A stretch of 64,000 bases of DNA, from positions 1 to 64,000 of IMG/VR virus record IMGVR_UViG_3300021171_000007; one strand, written 5' to 3'. The position numbers and the translations under genes were made by a program. Numbering within the stretch: the first letter of the stretch is position 1; each line of letters begins with the position of its first letter. This document shows, in pieces, positions 10,157-20,325 of this stretch. The notes under the pieces were generated by a model, which saw only the letters and a program-made list of their open reading frames with translations, was not told the DNA's origin and made no database searches. The stretch is from a virus.

Positions 10157-11227
10157 TTAAGGCAGAGGTGAAGACGCTCCTTGAATGCAAGCTTTACTTG
10201 TTGGCGCCACATGCGCTCTCTTATTTCCAACTGTTTCGGTCGTTGCCCAAACATCAATATCAACAAGCGCATGTTTAATAAGTTGACGTGTTAGCATTGG
10301 ATTTGTCGAATATGTTTGAAGATAAGAAACTTTAAATTCAATAACCTTTTTCTGAGCTATAGTCTGTAACTCCGCCTGGGTTTGTTTTTCATCAACTATA
10401 GTAGGCATATTCATCATGCCTATTAAGCCTTCATCTTGGCTATATTGAACAACAAAATTCAAAAACTTAATCATATCATTATTCGTTACACCATATGTAG
10501 TAATTTTAACCAAATCTGAAACTAATTGTGAACTCATATTCTGTTTATCGAGATATGGAAAAGCCGCTAATGCTTTTGTTTCTTCTATGTGAACAGCAGC
10601 ATACGGTGGTTCTTCATTCTCAGGAACAAGAAATGAAGGAAACATATCAATAATTGGACAAGTAAATCCACCTTGATAATTTGGCATATAGGTTGGCATA
10701 GATAGCCAAATTGGCAAAGAATTTGTAACTACTAATTCATTAGCTAAATTATTTAAGACATCAATATCATCGACAATTTGTGTTTCCATAACAGCAGTAA
10801 CAGCAATACCCAAATAATGATATAAATCTGCCTGTTGAAAATATTTACCTTGTGAACTAAATGTAAAACGAATACCTTGATATTCAGCTAAATAAAGAAA
10901 TGGAGGATTAATTTCATTAAATATATCACATTGTTTTAATGAGGTAAACACTACTGTATTCACAGAAAGTGTTGACTCTTCTTCTTGCTCAACTTCTACC
11001 GAATAATGGAGCGCCCCCTTAACTTGTTGAGTTGCCAAAGGATCACCTACCTCTGGCGTAACTAAACTGTAATTAACCCAAAAAAGAAAACCATCTAATG
11101 GAAGAACCATTCTTTTGTAAAGAGTAAAAGTAATGGTTTGATTTGCATCAATTGAATTAACACCAGCTTCTAATAGCGAAGCTAATGGAGGTTTTCCGCT
11201 TGATACTGCTTCGTTAACGGTTGTCAT
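10157..11227 (-). CDS. Neck / tail completion protein
   Basis: 356 aa upstream of the sheath; synteny. Confidence 0.5.
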   Translation of the reverse strand: MTTVNEAVSSGKPPLASLLEAGVNSIDANQTITFTLYKRMVLPLDGFLFWVNYSLVTPEVGDPLATQQVKGALHYSVEVEQEEESTLSVNTVVFTSLKQCDIFNEINPPFLYLAEYQGIRFTFSSQGKYFQQADLYHYLGIAVTAVMETQIVDDIDVLNNLANELVVTNSLPIWLSMPTYMPNYQGGFTCPIIDMFPSFLVPENEEPPYAAVHIEETKALAAFPYLDKQNMSSQLVSDLVKITTYGVTNNDMIKFLNFVVQYSQDEGLIGMMNMPTIVDEKQTQAELQTIAQKKVIEFKVSYLQTYSTNPMLTRQLIKHALVDIDVWATTETVGNKRAHVAPTSKACIQGASSPLP

Positions 11228-11727
11228 TTAATATCTGCCCAACATCTAAATGATGCTCGATAGATACCTGATCTCTCAAATGACGGTCTTGCAGGAGTGC
11301 TTCTACCACGCTTGCGCTTTTTACCGTGTGAAATCTTTGTAGGAACGCCTTCTACCATTCCGTTCATTTCTTCTTGGTCAAGAAAACCTCTAAACATTTT
11401 TTCAATATTTCTTGTTTTTGGATCCATAAATTTAACCATACGAGCACTAGAAGGCTTACGATAATGAGTTACAGCTTCCACTACAAAATCTTCAAATACT
11501 TCGGTAACAATATCACTAATTTCTTCATCATAAATGTCTATAAATGTACCAATAATACCATATCCCCACTCTAATATATCACCTACATCTTCAGCAGTTC
11601 TGTATTTTGTAGATCCACGATGGAATTTTTTGGCATGTGCTTTAACAGCAGCCACAGGTGCTTTCATATTCTGCATTGTATATGGAGTATTTAGAAACCC
11701 CATATGTATGACAATATCTCTTGCCAC
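11224..11727 (-). CDS. Head-tail joining / tail completion protein
   Basis: Basic C-terminus (RPSFERSGIYRASFRCW) typical of neck proteins; synteny. Confidence 0.5.
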   Translation of the reverse strand: MARDIVIHMGFLNTPYTMQNMKAPVAAVKAHAKKFHRGSTKYRTAEDVGDILEWGYGIIGTFIDIYDEEISDIVTEVFEDFVVEAVTHYRKPSSARMVKFMDPKTRNIEKMFRGFLDQEEMNGMVEGVPTKISHGKKRKRGRSTPARPSFERSGIYRASFRCWADIK

Positions 11728-11942
11728 TAGAACAAGTCACCATTTTTTGGAGGTTCTTGTTCGTCTGGTTGTATTCCAGGAAGTAATGGTGGAATATTTC
11801 CACCAGTCTTAACTACGATGCGCTGCGGAGCAGGCATGGTAGAAGCTTCTTGATCTGCCAAAGGCGGAGGATTATCAGCGATAACTACGCCAAAACGCAA
11901 TTTCGCATTTGCTGCACTCACATTTAGAAGGTGTTGAGGCAT
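11727..11942 (-). CDS. Hypothetical Pro-rich small protein ending KNGDLF
   Basis: ORF with AGGAG SD inside the structural operon. Confidence 0.5.
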   Translation of the reverse strand: MPQHLLNVSAANAKLRFGVVIADNPPPLADQEASTMPAPQRIVVKTGGNIPPLLPGIQPDEQEPPKNGDLF

Positions 11943-11951
11943 TGTAGCTCC

Positions 11952-12323
11952 TTAAGGAACAATCATTCCGTTGGAAGGTGGCGCTGCTGTAGTTCCAATA
12001 GTATTTGTTGCTGAAACAATGCAAGTCAAAGTAGTGCCTACATCAGCAGCCACAGCAGTATAATCTTCAAGATTTGCGCTTACTGTAATGGGCGCGCCAT
12101 TGCGTTGCCACCTAAAGGCATATGTATCAACTAAATCTCCCATATTCTCCCAATTACCAGTTGTACAATGATAAATGTTTCCAATACCACCCATATCAGT
12201 AAGTAAAGTAACAAATGGAACGTTAACATTAACAGGAGGATTTGTCTCTGGAGGCGCTGCAACATTGATATGCCACAGATGCGCTGCTTTCTTTTGAGTC
12301 ATTACTTGCGGATACTGCGGCAT
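11952..12323 (-). CDS. Ig-like domain virion protein
   Basis: TTGNW..YAFRWQRNGAPI..YTAVAADVGTTLTCIVSATN Ig-like repeat. Confidence 0.65.
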   Translation of the reverse strand: MPQYPQVMTQKKAAHLWHINVAAPPETNPPVNVNVPFVTLLTDMGGIGNIYHCTTGNWENMGDLVDTYAFRWQRNGAPITVSANLEDYTAVAADVGTTLTCIVSATNTIGTTAAPPSNGMIVP

Positions 12324-12332
12324 TTGAAACTC

Positions 12333-12656
12333 CTACGGAATGACAACAGGTACCCATGCGCCATCTTGCCGCACGTATGTTTGCCCATCACTAGGCGCAT
12401 CTGCTAGTCCGTCAGCTCCAGCTGGACCTGTAGCGCCCGTATTGCCAATAGGACCTTGAGGTCCTTGTGATCCTGTAGGGCCTGGATCGCCCTGTGGACC
12501 CGGATCGCCTTGAGGACCTGGGGGTCCTTCAGGACCGGGAGGGCCAACTGGACCGGGAGGGCCTGCTGGCCCTGGTGCTCCTGCCATTTGGAAATGCTCC
12601 ATAGTTTCAGCATATGCGATACCGCCTCTGCTGCCAGGTCCTGGGCCATATGGCAT
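12333..12656 (-). CDS. Collagen-like (Gly-X-Y) fibre with a foldon-like C-terminus
   Basis: ~19 GXY triplets followed by [17 protein letters not shown], resembling the T4 fibritin foldon. Confidence 0.8.
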   Translation of the reverse strand: MPYGPGPGSRGGIAYAETMEHFQMAGAPGPAGPPGPVGPPGPEGPPGPQGDPGPQGDPGPTGSQGPQGPIGNTGATGPAGADGLADAPSDGQTYVRQDGAWVPVVIP

Positions 12657-12665
12657 CTAAGGCTC

Positions 12666-13766
12666 CTATGTCACATTAACTGTTAATGTACTTGGTTCAC
12701 CTATACCTATATCACTTTGAGCATAAAGAGTATATGTATAAGTACCTGATACTACAAGACTTTCATTCACTACTGTAACTATACCTGAACTATCTATATT
12801 AAATAAACCATTAGGGGTACTACCAGTTGGAACTATAGCCCAAGCATTTGGACTACCTGTTGCTACACATGTACCAACAATTTGTCCATTAATCACTGGA
12901 AGAGTAATATCAAATGTTGCTGGAGTAATAACTGGTTCAGGCGGATTTATAGTAACTTGATTAGAAGTAGAAACAGCAATGCCTCCACCTACAGCATTCG
13001 AGGCTTGAGCAACTCCACCAATTACTGTATTGGCATCATCTATTACTGTCGTATATTGACTTGTATTAGCACCAGATATATTAGAACCATTTCGTGTCCA
13101 TCCATAATAATAACTGGTTGGATTATTAGTCCAAGCTCCAGTACTCATTGATAATGTTGTACCAAAATCAACAGGACCAACAGGACTAATTGCTGGAAGA
13201 ACAACATTAACAGGTGGTCCCAGAATTGCAACCGTATTACTAGAAACTTCAGGTAAACTCTTACCACCATCATTATCAGCAGCTACAGTTGCACCAATAT
13301 TATTATTCCTATCAACAACAGTAGTTAAATATACAGCCGAATTTGCACCAGCAATAGGAAGACCATTTCTTGTCCATTGAATATCAAATCCTAAAGGATT
13401 ATTAGTCCAAATACCTACATTTACAGTTAATGGTAAACCTGAGTTTACTGGACCTACAGGCGTGATAGATGGCGGAGTTGTATTAACTGGAATTGGCGGA
13501 GGAGCAGGCGCTGTATCCCAGACAGGCATTGCATTGGGCGCACCTGAAATGTACACAGGAATGGCATTATTAGGATTGCCTTGATCAGTTCCAAACGGAG
13601 GAGTTCCTGGACCTGCTGTTACATAAACTGGGATTGGACCAGAAGCTGGACCTCCCGTTGCGCCACCAGCGACAAAATTCACTGGTATCGCCTTACCGCC
13701 TGGACCACCAACAAGATAGACTGGAATAGCTCCAGCAGGATTGTTGCGGTCATTAGGATAACCCAT
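12666..13766 (-). CDS. Ig-like repeat / cadherin-like virion appendage protein
   Basis: Likely start MGYPNDR at 13766 (overlaps upstream TAA); AIPVY repeats; two GxWTNNP..WTRNG Ig repeats; C-terminal FNIDSSGIVTV cadherin-like domain. Confidence 0.65.
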   Translation of the reverse strand: MGYPNDRNNPAGAIPVYLVGGPGGKAIPVNFVAGGATGGPASGPIPVYVTAGPGTPPFGTDQGNPNNAIPVYISGAPNAMPVWDTAPAPPPIPVNTTPPSITPVGPVNSGLPLTVNVGIWTNNPLGFDIQWTRNGLPIAGANSAVYLTTVVDRNNNIGATVAADNDGGKSLPEVSSNTVAILGPPVNVVLPAISPVGPVDFGTTLSMSTGAWTNNPTSYYYGWTRNGSNISGANTSQYTTVIDDANTVIGGVAQASNAVGGGIAVSTSNQVTINPPEPVITPATFDITLPVINGQIVGTCVATGSPNAWAIVPTGSTPNGLFNIDSSGIVTVVNESLVVSGTYTYTLYAQSDIGIGEPSTLTVNVT

Positions 13767-14251
13767 TATAGAGTCAATCCCCACATAGAACCGACACTTT
13801 GGGCAATACCCATATAGACGCGCCCCCAAGGTGTTTTCAACAACTGCAAATCACCAATAGTCAAATCTTTCATACTATTCAATAATTGCAATCCAGCACT
13901 CGTTCCTTGATCTGCTGCATTGTCAACAAGACCTGGAACAAAGCTATTAAGATTTAAACCAGCTCGCAAATCTGCCCAATATGTAGCTGCATTATCAGGA
14001 GGTGGAATAGCAGCAGGATCATCTTGTGCTATATTGACTAGAAAATTACCTGCCAAATTATAAACAGCAACAGTAAAAACCCCAGGATTTACCATATTTA
14101 TATATTGATTAACGAACTCATATGCTATATCATAAGACATTTGAATATAGATACTATCACTTGGAAGAACAGATGGAGGCACACCCATTACGCTATAGAC
14201 CCAATCTGTATATCCTTCTATTGTTGGAGGAGCTATATCTTGAAGAGACAT
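13766..14251 (-). CDS. Head-tail adaptor (DUF4054-like)
   Basis: AVYNLAGNFLV and LLKTPWGRVYM motifs; position after MCP. Confidence 0.7.
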   Translation of the reverse strand: MSLQDIAPPTIEGYTDWVYSVMGVPPSVLPSDSIYIQMSYDIAYEFVNQYINMVNPGVFTVAVYNLAGNFLVNIAQDDPAAIPPPDNAATYWADLRAGLNLNSFVPGLVDNAADQGTSAGLQLLNSMKDLTIGDLQLLKTPWGRVYMGIAQSVGSMWGLTL

Positions 14252-14805
14252 CAGAACATTGACCTTTTCTGTCCTGTACGGAACAGATCAGTCACAACGC
14301 CTAAAGGACTTCTACCGTCCTCTTGCGGCGCACCACGCTCTTTGGATCTTGTAATCGTAATTTTCTCAGCAATTTCCTGATCGCGATCTTTTCTTTGTAC
14401 CTCTGTAATCTCCATCTCGAACGCAGTAAGTTTCTCTCCAGCATTTTCCTCAATCTGTGCATTGACAGCAATAGCTGCTTCAGCACGAAGTCTTTCACCA
14501 GTCTTCTTATTCACTTCTCTATTATTGACAACAAGCTCAACAATCTTTTCAGCAGGAATAGGTTTATCAACTGAAAACATATAAGGAATAAAATATCCCT
14601 TAAATTGATCAATTTCTGTAACTCTGATCATTCCATATTTCATATGGAATTTTGCGATAATGTCTATTTGTTCCATAGACAAGTCGCCTGAAAGTCTAAT
14701 TTGACCTCCAATAGGTATCATCTGCCTGCGATAATTCTTAAATTCAGGCAAGCGATATTGGAAGTCAACGTTTTGGTGCGTGCCGTTTGCAACAAACATT
14801 TGCAT
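14251..14805 (-). CDS. Hypothetical protein downstream of MCP
   Basis: ORF with SD in the head module. Confidence 0.55.
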   Translation of the reverse strand: MQMFVANGTHQNVDFQYRLPEFKNYRRQMIPIGGQIRLSGDLSMEQIDIIAKFHMKYGMIRVTEIDQFKGYFIPYMFSVDKPIPAEKIVELVVNNREVNKKTGERLRAEAAIAVNAQIEENAGEKLTAFEMEITEVQRKDRDQEIAEKITITRSKERGAPQEDGRSPLGVVTDLFRTGQKRSMF

Positions 14806-14903
14806 TTGGAACTATCCTTGCTACCGTGGGCGGTCACGGGGTAGCAATCCGTAACCGCCCAGGATCGTCCAGGTTCGAGAAAGAGGATCTCTACAGCTGG
14901 AGA

Positions 14904-15932
14904 TTACTCGTACTGCATCGTGGCGATTGTAATGCACTCAGGACGGACGCCCCATCCAGAGGTGATGCGCCACTCAGACAGCACGTCAATGGCTCCGCCG
15001 GCGAGCGGAGTAGGAATTTCACGAGGTGCTGCCATATCGGCATACATCAAGGTGCAAGCCTCGATGCCAGGAGCAATTTTGGCAATTTCATTCGTGTTGA
15101 TCTTGCTGCCAACCGGCTTCTTCACTTCCGGCATGACAATAAGAACAACGTCATTGTTACCGCCGCCAACGCCCTTGCCGATAAGAGTATCGTCATAAAC
15201 CCAAGAAATCGTATCGCCGTTCTTATTCAGAACGCTTTCAAACATTCCCTTGGTCGAATCAGAACCGGCACCTTCGCGCTGGAACTGGACAATCTGGACG
15301 ATGTTTTGGTATTCCATCGCCGCTAGGGTTCTCTGCGGTCCCAAAATTGTAAAGTGGCGACCGATACCGAGTTGGTTCGTAAGCGTCTTCAAGGCGCTAA
15401 TTTGTGTGATAAGCCACACGCCCAACTCGCCGTTATCATATGTGACAACGGTATCATTGCCGTTACTGTCAGGCGGCAAACTGACCGCGACAGCGCCCTG
15501 CGCGTTGAGGAGACCTTCTCCATTGACAGGATTCATGCCATAAAGAAGTGCGTTGCGCGCGAGTTGGAAGTGGCCTTGTCTCATGCCGAGGCGTTGCGCC
15601 TCAACCATGTTTAGGCCCCAATTTCCCATAGCCGCGGTGTCGTGGTGATCGTATTCCGCCCGCACTCTGAGAAGATAGCTGGCAGTAGAGATCATCGACA
15701 GAGCAATGCTGACACTCGGCAGCTGATTATAAGCAGCCTGCCCAGCAGCCATACGCGTGCGAACGTCGAGACGCTTCATGTAAACATAAAGGTCTCCGTC
15801 ACTCAATCTGACAAGAGGTTCTTCTCCGGCCAAAGTGCTAAAGGCCCCTGATGCCTGGACATAAGGGAGAATGATTCCGGGTTCAACGAACGACGGATTG
15901 ACAATGGCATATGATGGATTGACGCTACCCAT
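14904..15932 (-). CDS. Major capsid protein (DUF2184 / HK97-fold type)
   Basis: 342 aa; LARNALLYG..GEGLLNA and TSGWGVRPE motifs; GC-rich codons; follows scaffold and decoration genes. Confidence 0.85.
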   Translation of the reverse strand: MGSVNPSYAIVNPSFVEPGIILPYVQASGAFSTLAGEEPLVRLSDGDLYVYMKRLDVRTRMAAGQAAYNQLPSVSIALSMISTASYLLRVRAEYDHHDTAAMGNWGLNMVEAQRLGMRQGHFQLARNALLYGMNPVNGEGLLNAQGAVAVSLPPDSNGNDTVVTYDNGELGVWLITQISALKTLTNQLGIGRHFTILGPQRTLAAMEYQNIVQIVQFQREGAGSDSTKGMFESVLNKNGDTISWVYDDTLIGKGVGGGNNDVVLIVMPEVKKPVGSKINTNEIAKIAPGIEACTLMYADMAAPREIPTPLAGGAIDVLSEWRITSGWGVRPECITIATMQYE

Positions 15933-15988
15933 TGTAAGTTCACCTCATATTTGGGAGGCGTGTAGCGCCTCAGTTGCACAAGTTCCGA

Positions 15989-16630
15989 TTAGATTTCAAG
16001 AAGGATTGTATCGCCAGAACGGTTCCAAGTAGCGAAACCAGTGACCGAATTGTAGACAACGGTCATCGAATTCCCGAGATTGTACCCGATGACATTCATA
16101 CCTGCTGTTGGCAGAGCAATTCCGCCAGCGGCAGTTGCAGTAACCCACTGGTTCGTAATATTGAAGAACAGTGGTGCCGGCGCCAATGCAACTGGAACTG
16201 GGTAGCCGGGAGGCGCCAATTGCAGCAAAAGTGCCGGGTCCATCGCCATAGGAATACGCGCACGGCTTCCAAAGCGATAGAAGTTCACAAGCATTCCAGC
16301 ATCCGCTTGCGGAACTGGGCTCTGTGGACTGCTGATCATAGCATGATTTTGGTTGAACACGCTAATACCAGTAGGTGCAACAGTGGCACTCGCACGCGTG
16401 ATAGAGTTCTGCAACGCTGGATCCCAGAGACTTCCAGTAGGCGGAAGATGCTCAGAAATCGGAACGCCACCAAACATAGGCAGCGTTTCCGTGGGTGCCA
16501 ATTGACCACCCGTCAACTGGTATCTGATTGCAGGATCGTCCATTGCCATACCTTGCATCATCCCGTCAAGGGTGATTTTAAAGGTACCAGCAGCGTTGGT
16601 CGTAATAACGGGATTAAGCGAGATTGACAT
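15989..16630 (-). CDS. Head decoration / cement protein
   Basis: 213 aa between scaffold and MCP; GC-rich codon usage like MCP. Confidence 0.65.
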   Translation of the reverse strand: MSISLNPVITTNAAGTFKITLDGMMQGMAMDDPAIRYQLTGGQLAPTETLPMFGGVPISEHLPPTGSLWDPALQNSITRASATVAPTGISVFNQNHAMISSPQSPVPQADAGMLVNFYRFGSRARIPMAMDPALLLQLAPPGYPVPVALAPAPLFFNITNQWVTATAAGGIALPTAGMNVIGYNLGNSMTVVYNSVTGFATWNRSGDTILLEI

Positions 16631-16670
16631 GACAGAAGTGCTCCTTAATGGTTACGGCCTATGAAGCGCC

Positions 16671-18470
16671 TCAGTTGCTGTTGTTTTTGATTCCAACAAG
16701 CATCCTCTTTGGCGCCGCAAATTGGTTCATCCACGCAGATGGTCGCCCGACGAACGTGGAAATTTTGCGACCAGTACTGTCTTCGGATTTGATTTCCCGC
16801 AAGAAATCCTCGCCCATATCTGCTGGATGTAGACCGGCTTGTTCAGCATCGGAATAGATCGTATTCTCGATGTTGGCGAAGGCTGCATCATCTGCAATGA
16901 CCTTAAGGTCAATGTCCTTCCAGGCCTTGGAGTGCTCCTTGAGGCCATTGGCAAGACGACGACGATACGCAATCAAAGTCTCCCCATCAAGCGCACGCGG
17001 AGCCTTGCTGCCATGCATCAAATAGATGCGGTCGGCGCGAACCTGCGAATCAGCCATTAAAGCATAATCCGCATCCGTCATTTGACGAGGCAGTTTGGCT
17101 GCAACGTCAGCAACGCTCTTACGGAGCGTTTCAAGTTCGGCGGCATCTGCCTTGGCTTTGGCATCGGCCTTTTCTTTTTCCTCGGCATCCGCCTTGGCTT
17201 TGGCTTCCGCGTCCGCCTTGGCCTTGGCTTCTGCATCAGCTTTTTCGCGCTCGGCGGCGTCCATTTTGGCACGGGCGTCAGCCTTCTCCTTCTCTTCGGC
17301 GTCAGCTTTTGCCTTGTCAGCTTTCTCCTTTTCCTTCTCGTCCCAGGCGTCGCTGACGGTTTTCTTTACTGAATCCTTAATCGCATCGGCAAATGACGCA
17401 AAATAAGAATCAAATCGGGCCTTGTCAGCCTTTTCCTTTTCTTCTGCGTCAGCCTTTGCCTTCGCCTCATCTGCCTTGCGAGCGGCTTCCAAAGCCGCAG
17501 CTTTATCGTCGTCTGCCATAACAAGTTCCTTTTCTGCGGTTATCACGCCACTCGGCGGTAGTCCTTTATCCCAAACACCCACAAAGCAAATAGCTATGTG
17601 GTCTAGTAGTCTTGGCTTACCTTCAATAAGTAATTTGTTACCATTCCTCAGCTTAATTTTTTGGTCTTCACCCGTAAGAACCACGCAAGGAGAAGTGCTT
17701 AATTGATTTTCTGCCATAAGTTTGGCAGCATTTTCATCCCATACTTTTACAATTGCCCAAACTTCATCACCCTTAATATATGGAATAAATACAGAACCAA
17801 CATTTCTATCAACGTATTCTTTGGTATTTAATGTTGCCCTACCAGGATGCTCAAAGATAACAGGAAGACCATTACAACGCTCAAGAAATTCTTGATTCAA
17901 ATAAATCGACTTGTCGCGCCACACATGCTCTTTAATACCACTTCGATATGATAATCCAGTACCAGTTATTCTAATATCAAACAAAGTAAGATTGGCATAA
18001 CGCTGCGGTGAGGTTAACTCACCATCTTTCATAAGTTTAGCAATACCTAATTCATCAGCAAATAGTTTCTTTATAGTCGTTACTACCCCAGGATGTAATG
18101 GCTGGGGAGGCATTTCCAGTGGTGCCCACTTAAAGCCTGTATGTTCTTCATCTAATCTTGGAGGTACAAATTCGTCATCTACTTCTTGAATATAAGTAGT
18201 ATAATCAACTATGTATGTGGGTCTGTCTCCGTTTCCTTCATTAGTGGATATTCTACGAGAGAGTTCAAATAATTCTCCAGAAGGGTAGAATCCAATTTCT
18301 TCAGAACATTCTCTAATGGCTGCTTGGACTGATGTTTCACCGGCTTCCCGTTTTCCACCAGGTAGATCGTAAAATCCAGAATAATCTCCATATTCTGAAC
18401 GCTTAAGAAATAATGCCCTCTTGTCAGATGTGACAAAGAGGATGCCGGAAGCATTGATAGTCTCCGTCAT
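16671..18470 (-). CDS. NUDIX hydrolase + DUF2213-type head maturation protease + scaffold fusion
   Basis: Nudix box GGKREAGETSVQAAIRECSEEIG; NGLPVIFEHP and LLDHIAIC..GVWDK motifs; KAKADAEE coiled-coil repeats. Confidence 0.8.
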   Translation of the reverse strand: MTETINASGILFVTSDKRALFLKRSEYGDYSGFYDLPGGKREAGETSVQAAIRECSEEIGFYPSGELFELSRRISTNEGNGDRPTYIVDYTTYIQEVDDEFVPPRLDEEHTGFKWAPLEMPPQPLHPGVVTTIKKLFADELGIAKLMKDGELTSPQRYANLTLFDIRITGTGLSYRSGIKEHVWRDKSIYLNQEFLERCNGLPVIFEHPGRATLNTKEYVDRNVGSVFIPYIKGDEVWAIVKVWDENAAKLMAENQLSTSPCVVLTGEDQKIKLRNGNKLLIEGKPRLLDHIAICFVGVWDKGLPPSGVITAEKELVMADDDKAAALEAARKADEAKAKADAEEKEKADKARFDSYFASFADAIKDSVKKTVSDAWDEKEKEKADKAKADAEEKEKADARAKMDAAEREKADAEAKAKADAEAKAKADAEEKEKADAKAKADAAELETLRKSVADVAAKLPRQMTDADYALMADSQVRADRIYLMHGSKAPRALDGETLIAYRRRLANGLKEHSKAWKDIDLKVIADDAAFANIENTIYSDAEQAGLHPADMGEDFLREIKSEDSTGRKISTFVGRPSAWMNQFAAPKRMLVGIKNNSN

Positions 18471-18648
18471 TCTTTCTTACTCAACGCGCCTGTACGCAAT
18501 TCTTCACGTTCATTATCCTTCTTTTTATCGGAAAATGGAGGACAATCCTTATTTGGAGGAGTTCCCATCACTGCTTGGTCTTTTTTGGGCGCAAACAGTG
18601 CATCCATCATAGAGTCCAGCTTCTTCATATGCTCAGATCCGCACGGCA

Positions 18649-20232
18649 TTATTGAGCCTCCGTCGTCTGTTGAGCTGGTAAACGCTGTCTTGCTTTACGT
18701 GCTTCAACTTCTTGAAGATAATCTATTACGGCATCTTCAAGTGAATCCACACGCGTAGAGCCACTTCTGCTTAATTGTCCAAGCTTGTAATGTGGTTTTC
18801 CGGGCGCACCCGCGGCGCCACCAGCACCCTCCATGGGATCAGGCTTAAATTTAGCCATTTTCTCATAATCGAGCACAAGCGGAGATGGGAACATAGCCTT
18901 TAAATCATTAAAATTATCAGATGCCCATTCGTAAATAGTCGCTTTATTATCATCGTCAGCAAGTGGAAGAAGCAATTCAAGCATAGAAATGACGCTTCTT
19001 AGCTTGACATTCGCTACTTTTATCTTTTCAGAGTCAGGTTCAGTCAACAAAGATGGCCAGATCGCAATAAAGTGATCTGACCATTCAGTAAACGCCTGAT
19101 TGTAGCTCTTTTTTCCGTACTCGTCTTTGAAATCGTTCTGTACTGTCTCGTAAAATTCCAAATTCCAAGCTCGATATTGCACTATTTGAGTGAAAAAATC
19201 ATATAAAGGCTGCATCGACTCACGTAATTTGTCAATATAGCGTGCTATAGCTTTGGCGTCTTCCTCTCCTTCAGCAAAGGCAACCGCTAATGTTTCTGAA
19301 TTTACTAATTTTGCTGGCATTCCAGCTGCTGCTGCTATATTTTCAAGTATGTTTTTTCGTGCTGTGCGTGATGAGTTGTCTATATTCTGTAGGTTTAAAG
19401 ATTCAATACTCTCATCGATTGAAATATTCATTACGGAACCAGTCATCGCCTCCTTAAGCATACCGCGCTTAATTCCAGCGATCTGCTGCATCACATTATT
19501 TATGATGCTGCCTGGTGCTTTCAACTTTGCTACGATAATTCCAGCCTTTTTCGTGACTAAATCATCTGTAATCATCGACTGCAAAAATGATTTGAGTGGA
19601 TACAATGCCCTTTGGTATACTGAGCGACCCACATAGCCCCAAGCGCTAGTAGTATAATCAAGATAAATTGGGTCTTCATTCTGATATATGCAGGTTCGAG
19701 TGAAATTGTACGCTTGTCCTTGGACAGCGATGGTTAAAGGCTTCAAAAATGTTGGAGAATTTGGATTTTGGTTTAAAACCAAGCTTCCAGCAGTATTTAA
19801 TGGATCAAAAACATTAAAAGTCATCGGTTTTTTTGATAAAGTTGCAAAATCTAATGGTTTTGTCGGATCTTCTTTGGGAATCATACAAGCTACAGAGGCA
19901 ATTCCATAAATTCTAGCTAATCTTACCACATTTGCGATGATTCTATCTGCATCTATTCGTTGCCACTCATCTGTAAACGCTTTTCTTACACGATCTTCAG
20001 GCGATCCTGGGATATTTATGTTGCGCCCCTGAGATTGTGCCAATTGAACCGGCACATCCACGAGCTTTGCCCCATAAGGATGGTAAGAATAGATAAGCTT
20101 GCATAACTCGTAGCTGGCTGACGAGCCAAGCTCGATGTTATCTGCCATCAATATTTTCATTAATGGAGTCCCTAGTGGGGAACCGCCAAACATTCCACCA
20201 CTAGGGTTCTCGATTACTGCTTCAGATGCCAT
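18649..20232 (-). CDS. Portal protein (DUF1073-like)
   Basis: 527 aa between TerL and the head protease; RLARIYG and IAAAAGMPAKLV motifs. Confidence 0.8.
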   Translation of the reverse strand: MASEAVIENPSGGMFGGSPLGTPLMKILMADNIELGSSASYELCKLIYSYHPYGAKLVDVPVQLAQSQGRNINIPGSPEDRVRKAFTDEWQRIDADRIIANVVRLARIYGIASVACMIPKEDPTKPLDFATLSKKPMTFNVFDPLNTAGSLVLNQNPNSPTFLKPLTIAVQGQAYNFTRTCIYQNEDPIYLDYTTSAWGYVGRSVYQRALYPLKSFLQSMITDDLVTKKAGIIVAKLKAPGSIINNVMQQIAGIKRGMLKEAMTGSVMNISIDESIESLNLQNIDNSSRTARKNILENIAAAAGMPAKLVNSETLAVAFAEGEEDAKAIARYIDKLRESMQPLYDFFTQIVQYRAWNLEFYETVQNDFKDEYGKKSYNQAFTEWSDHFIAIWPSLLTEPDSEKIKVANVKLRSVISMLELLLPLADDDNKATIYEWASDNFNDLKAMFPSPLVLDYEKMAKFKPDPMEGAGGAAGAPGKPHYKLGQLSRSGSTRVDSLEDAVIDYLQEVEARKARQRLPAQQTTEAQ

Positions 20233-20325
20233 TTTCTTCTTATCTAAAAGTGATTGCGGAGGAGGCTGTCAGTCCCCCTTGCCAGTTCACAGAGTGTTAA
20301 TTCACCCCGCCGCAACCATCCCAGT

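Noticed and set aside
18649-20232. Anti-CBASS nuclease annotation sometimes attached to DUF1073 proteins
   Set aside because: Size and position fit a plain portal; no extra 2H-phosphoesterase (HxT) domain seen
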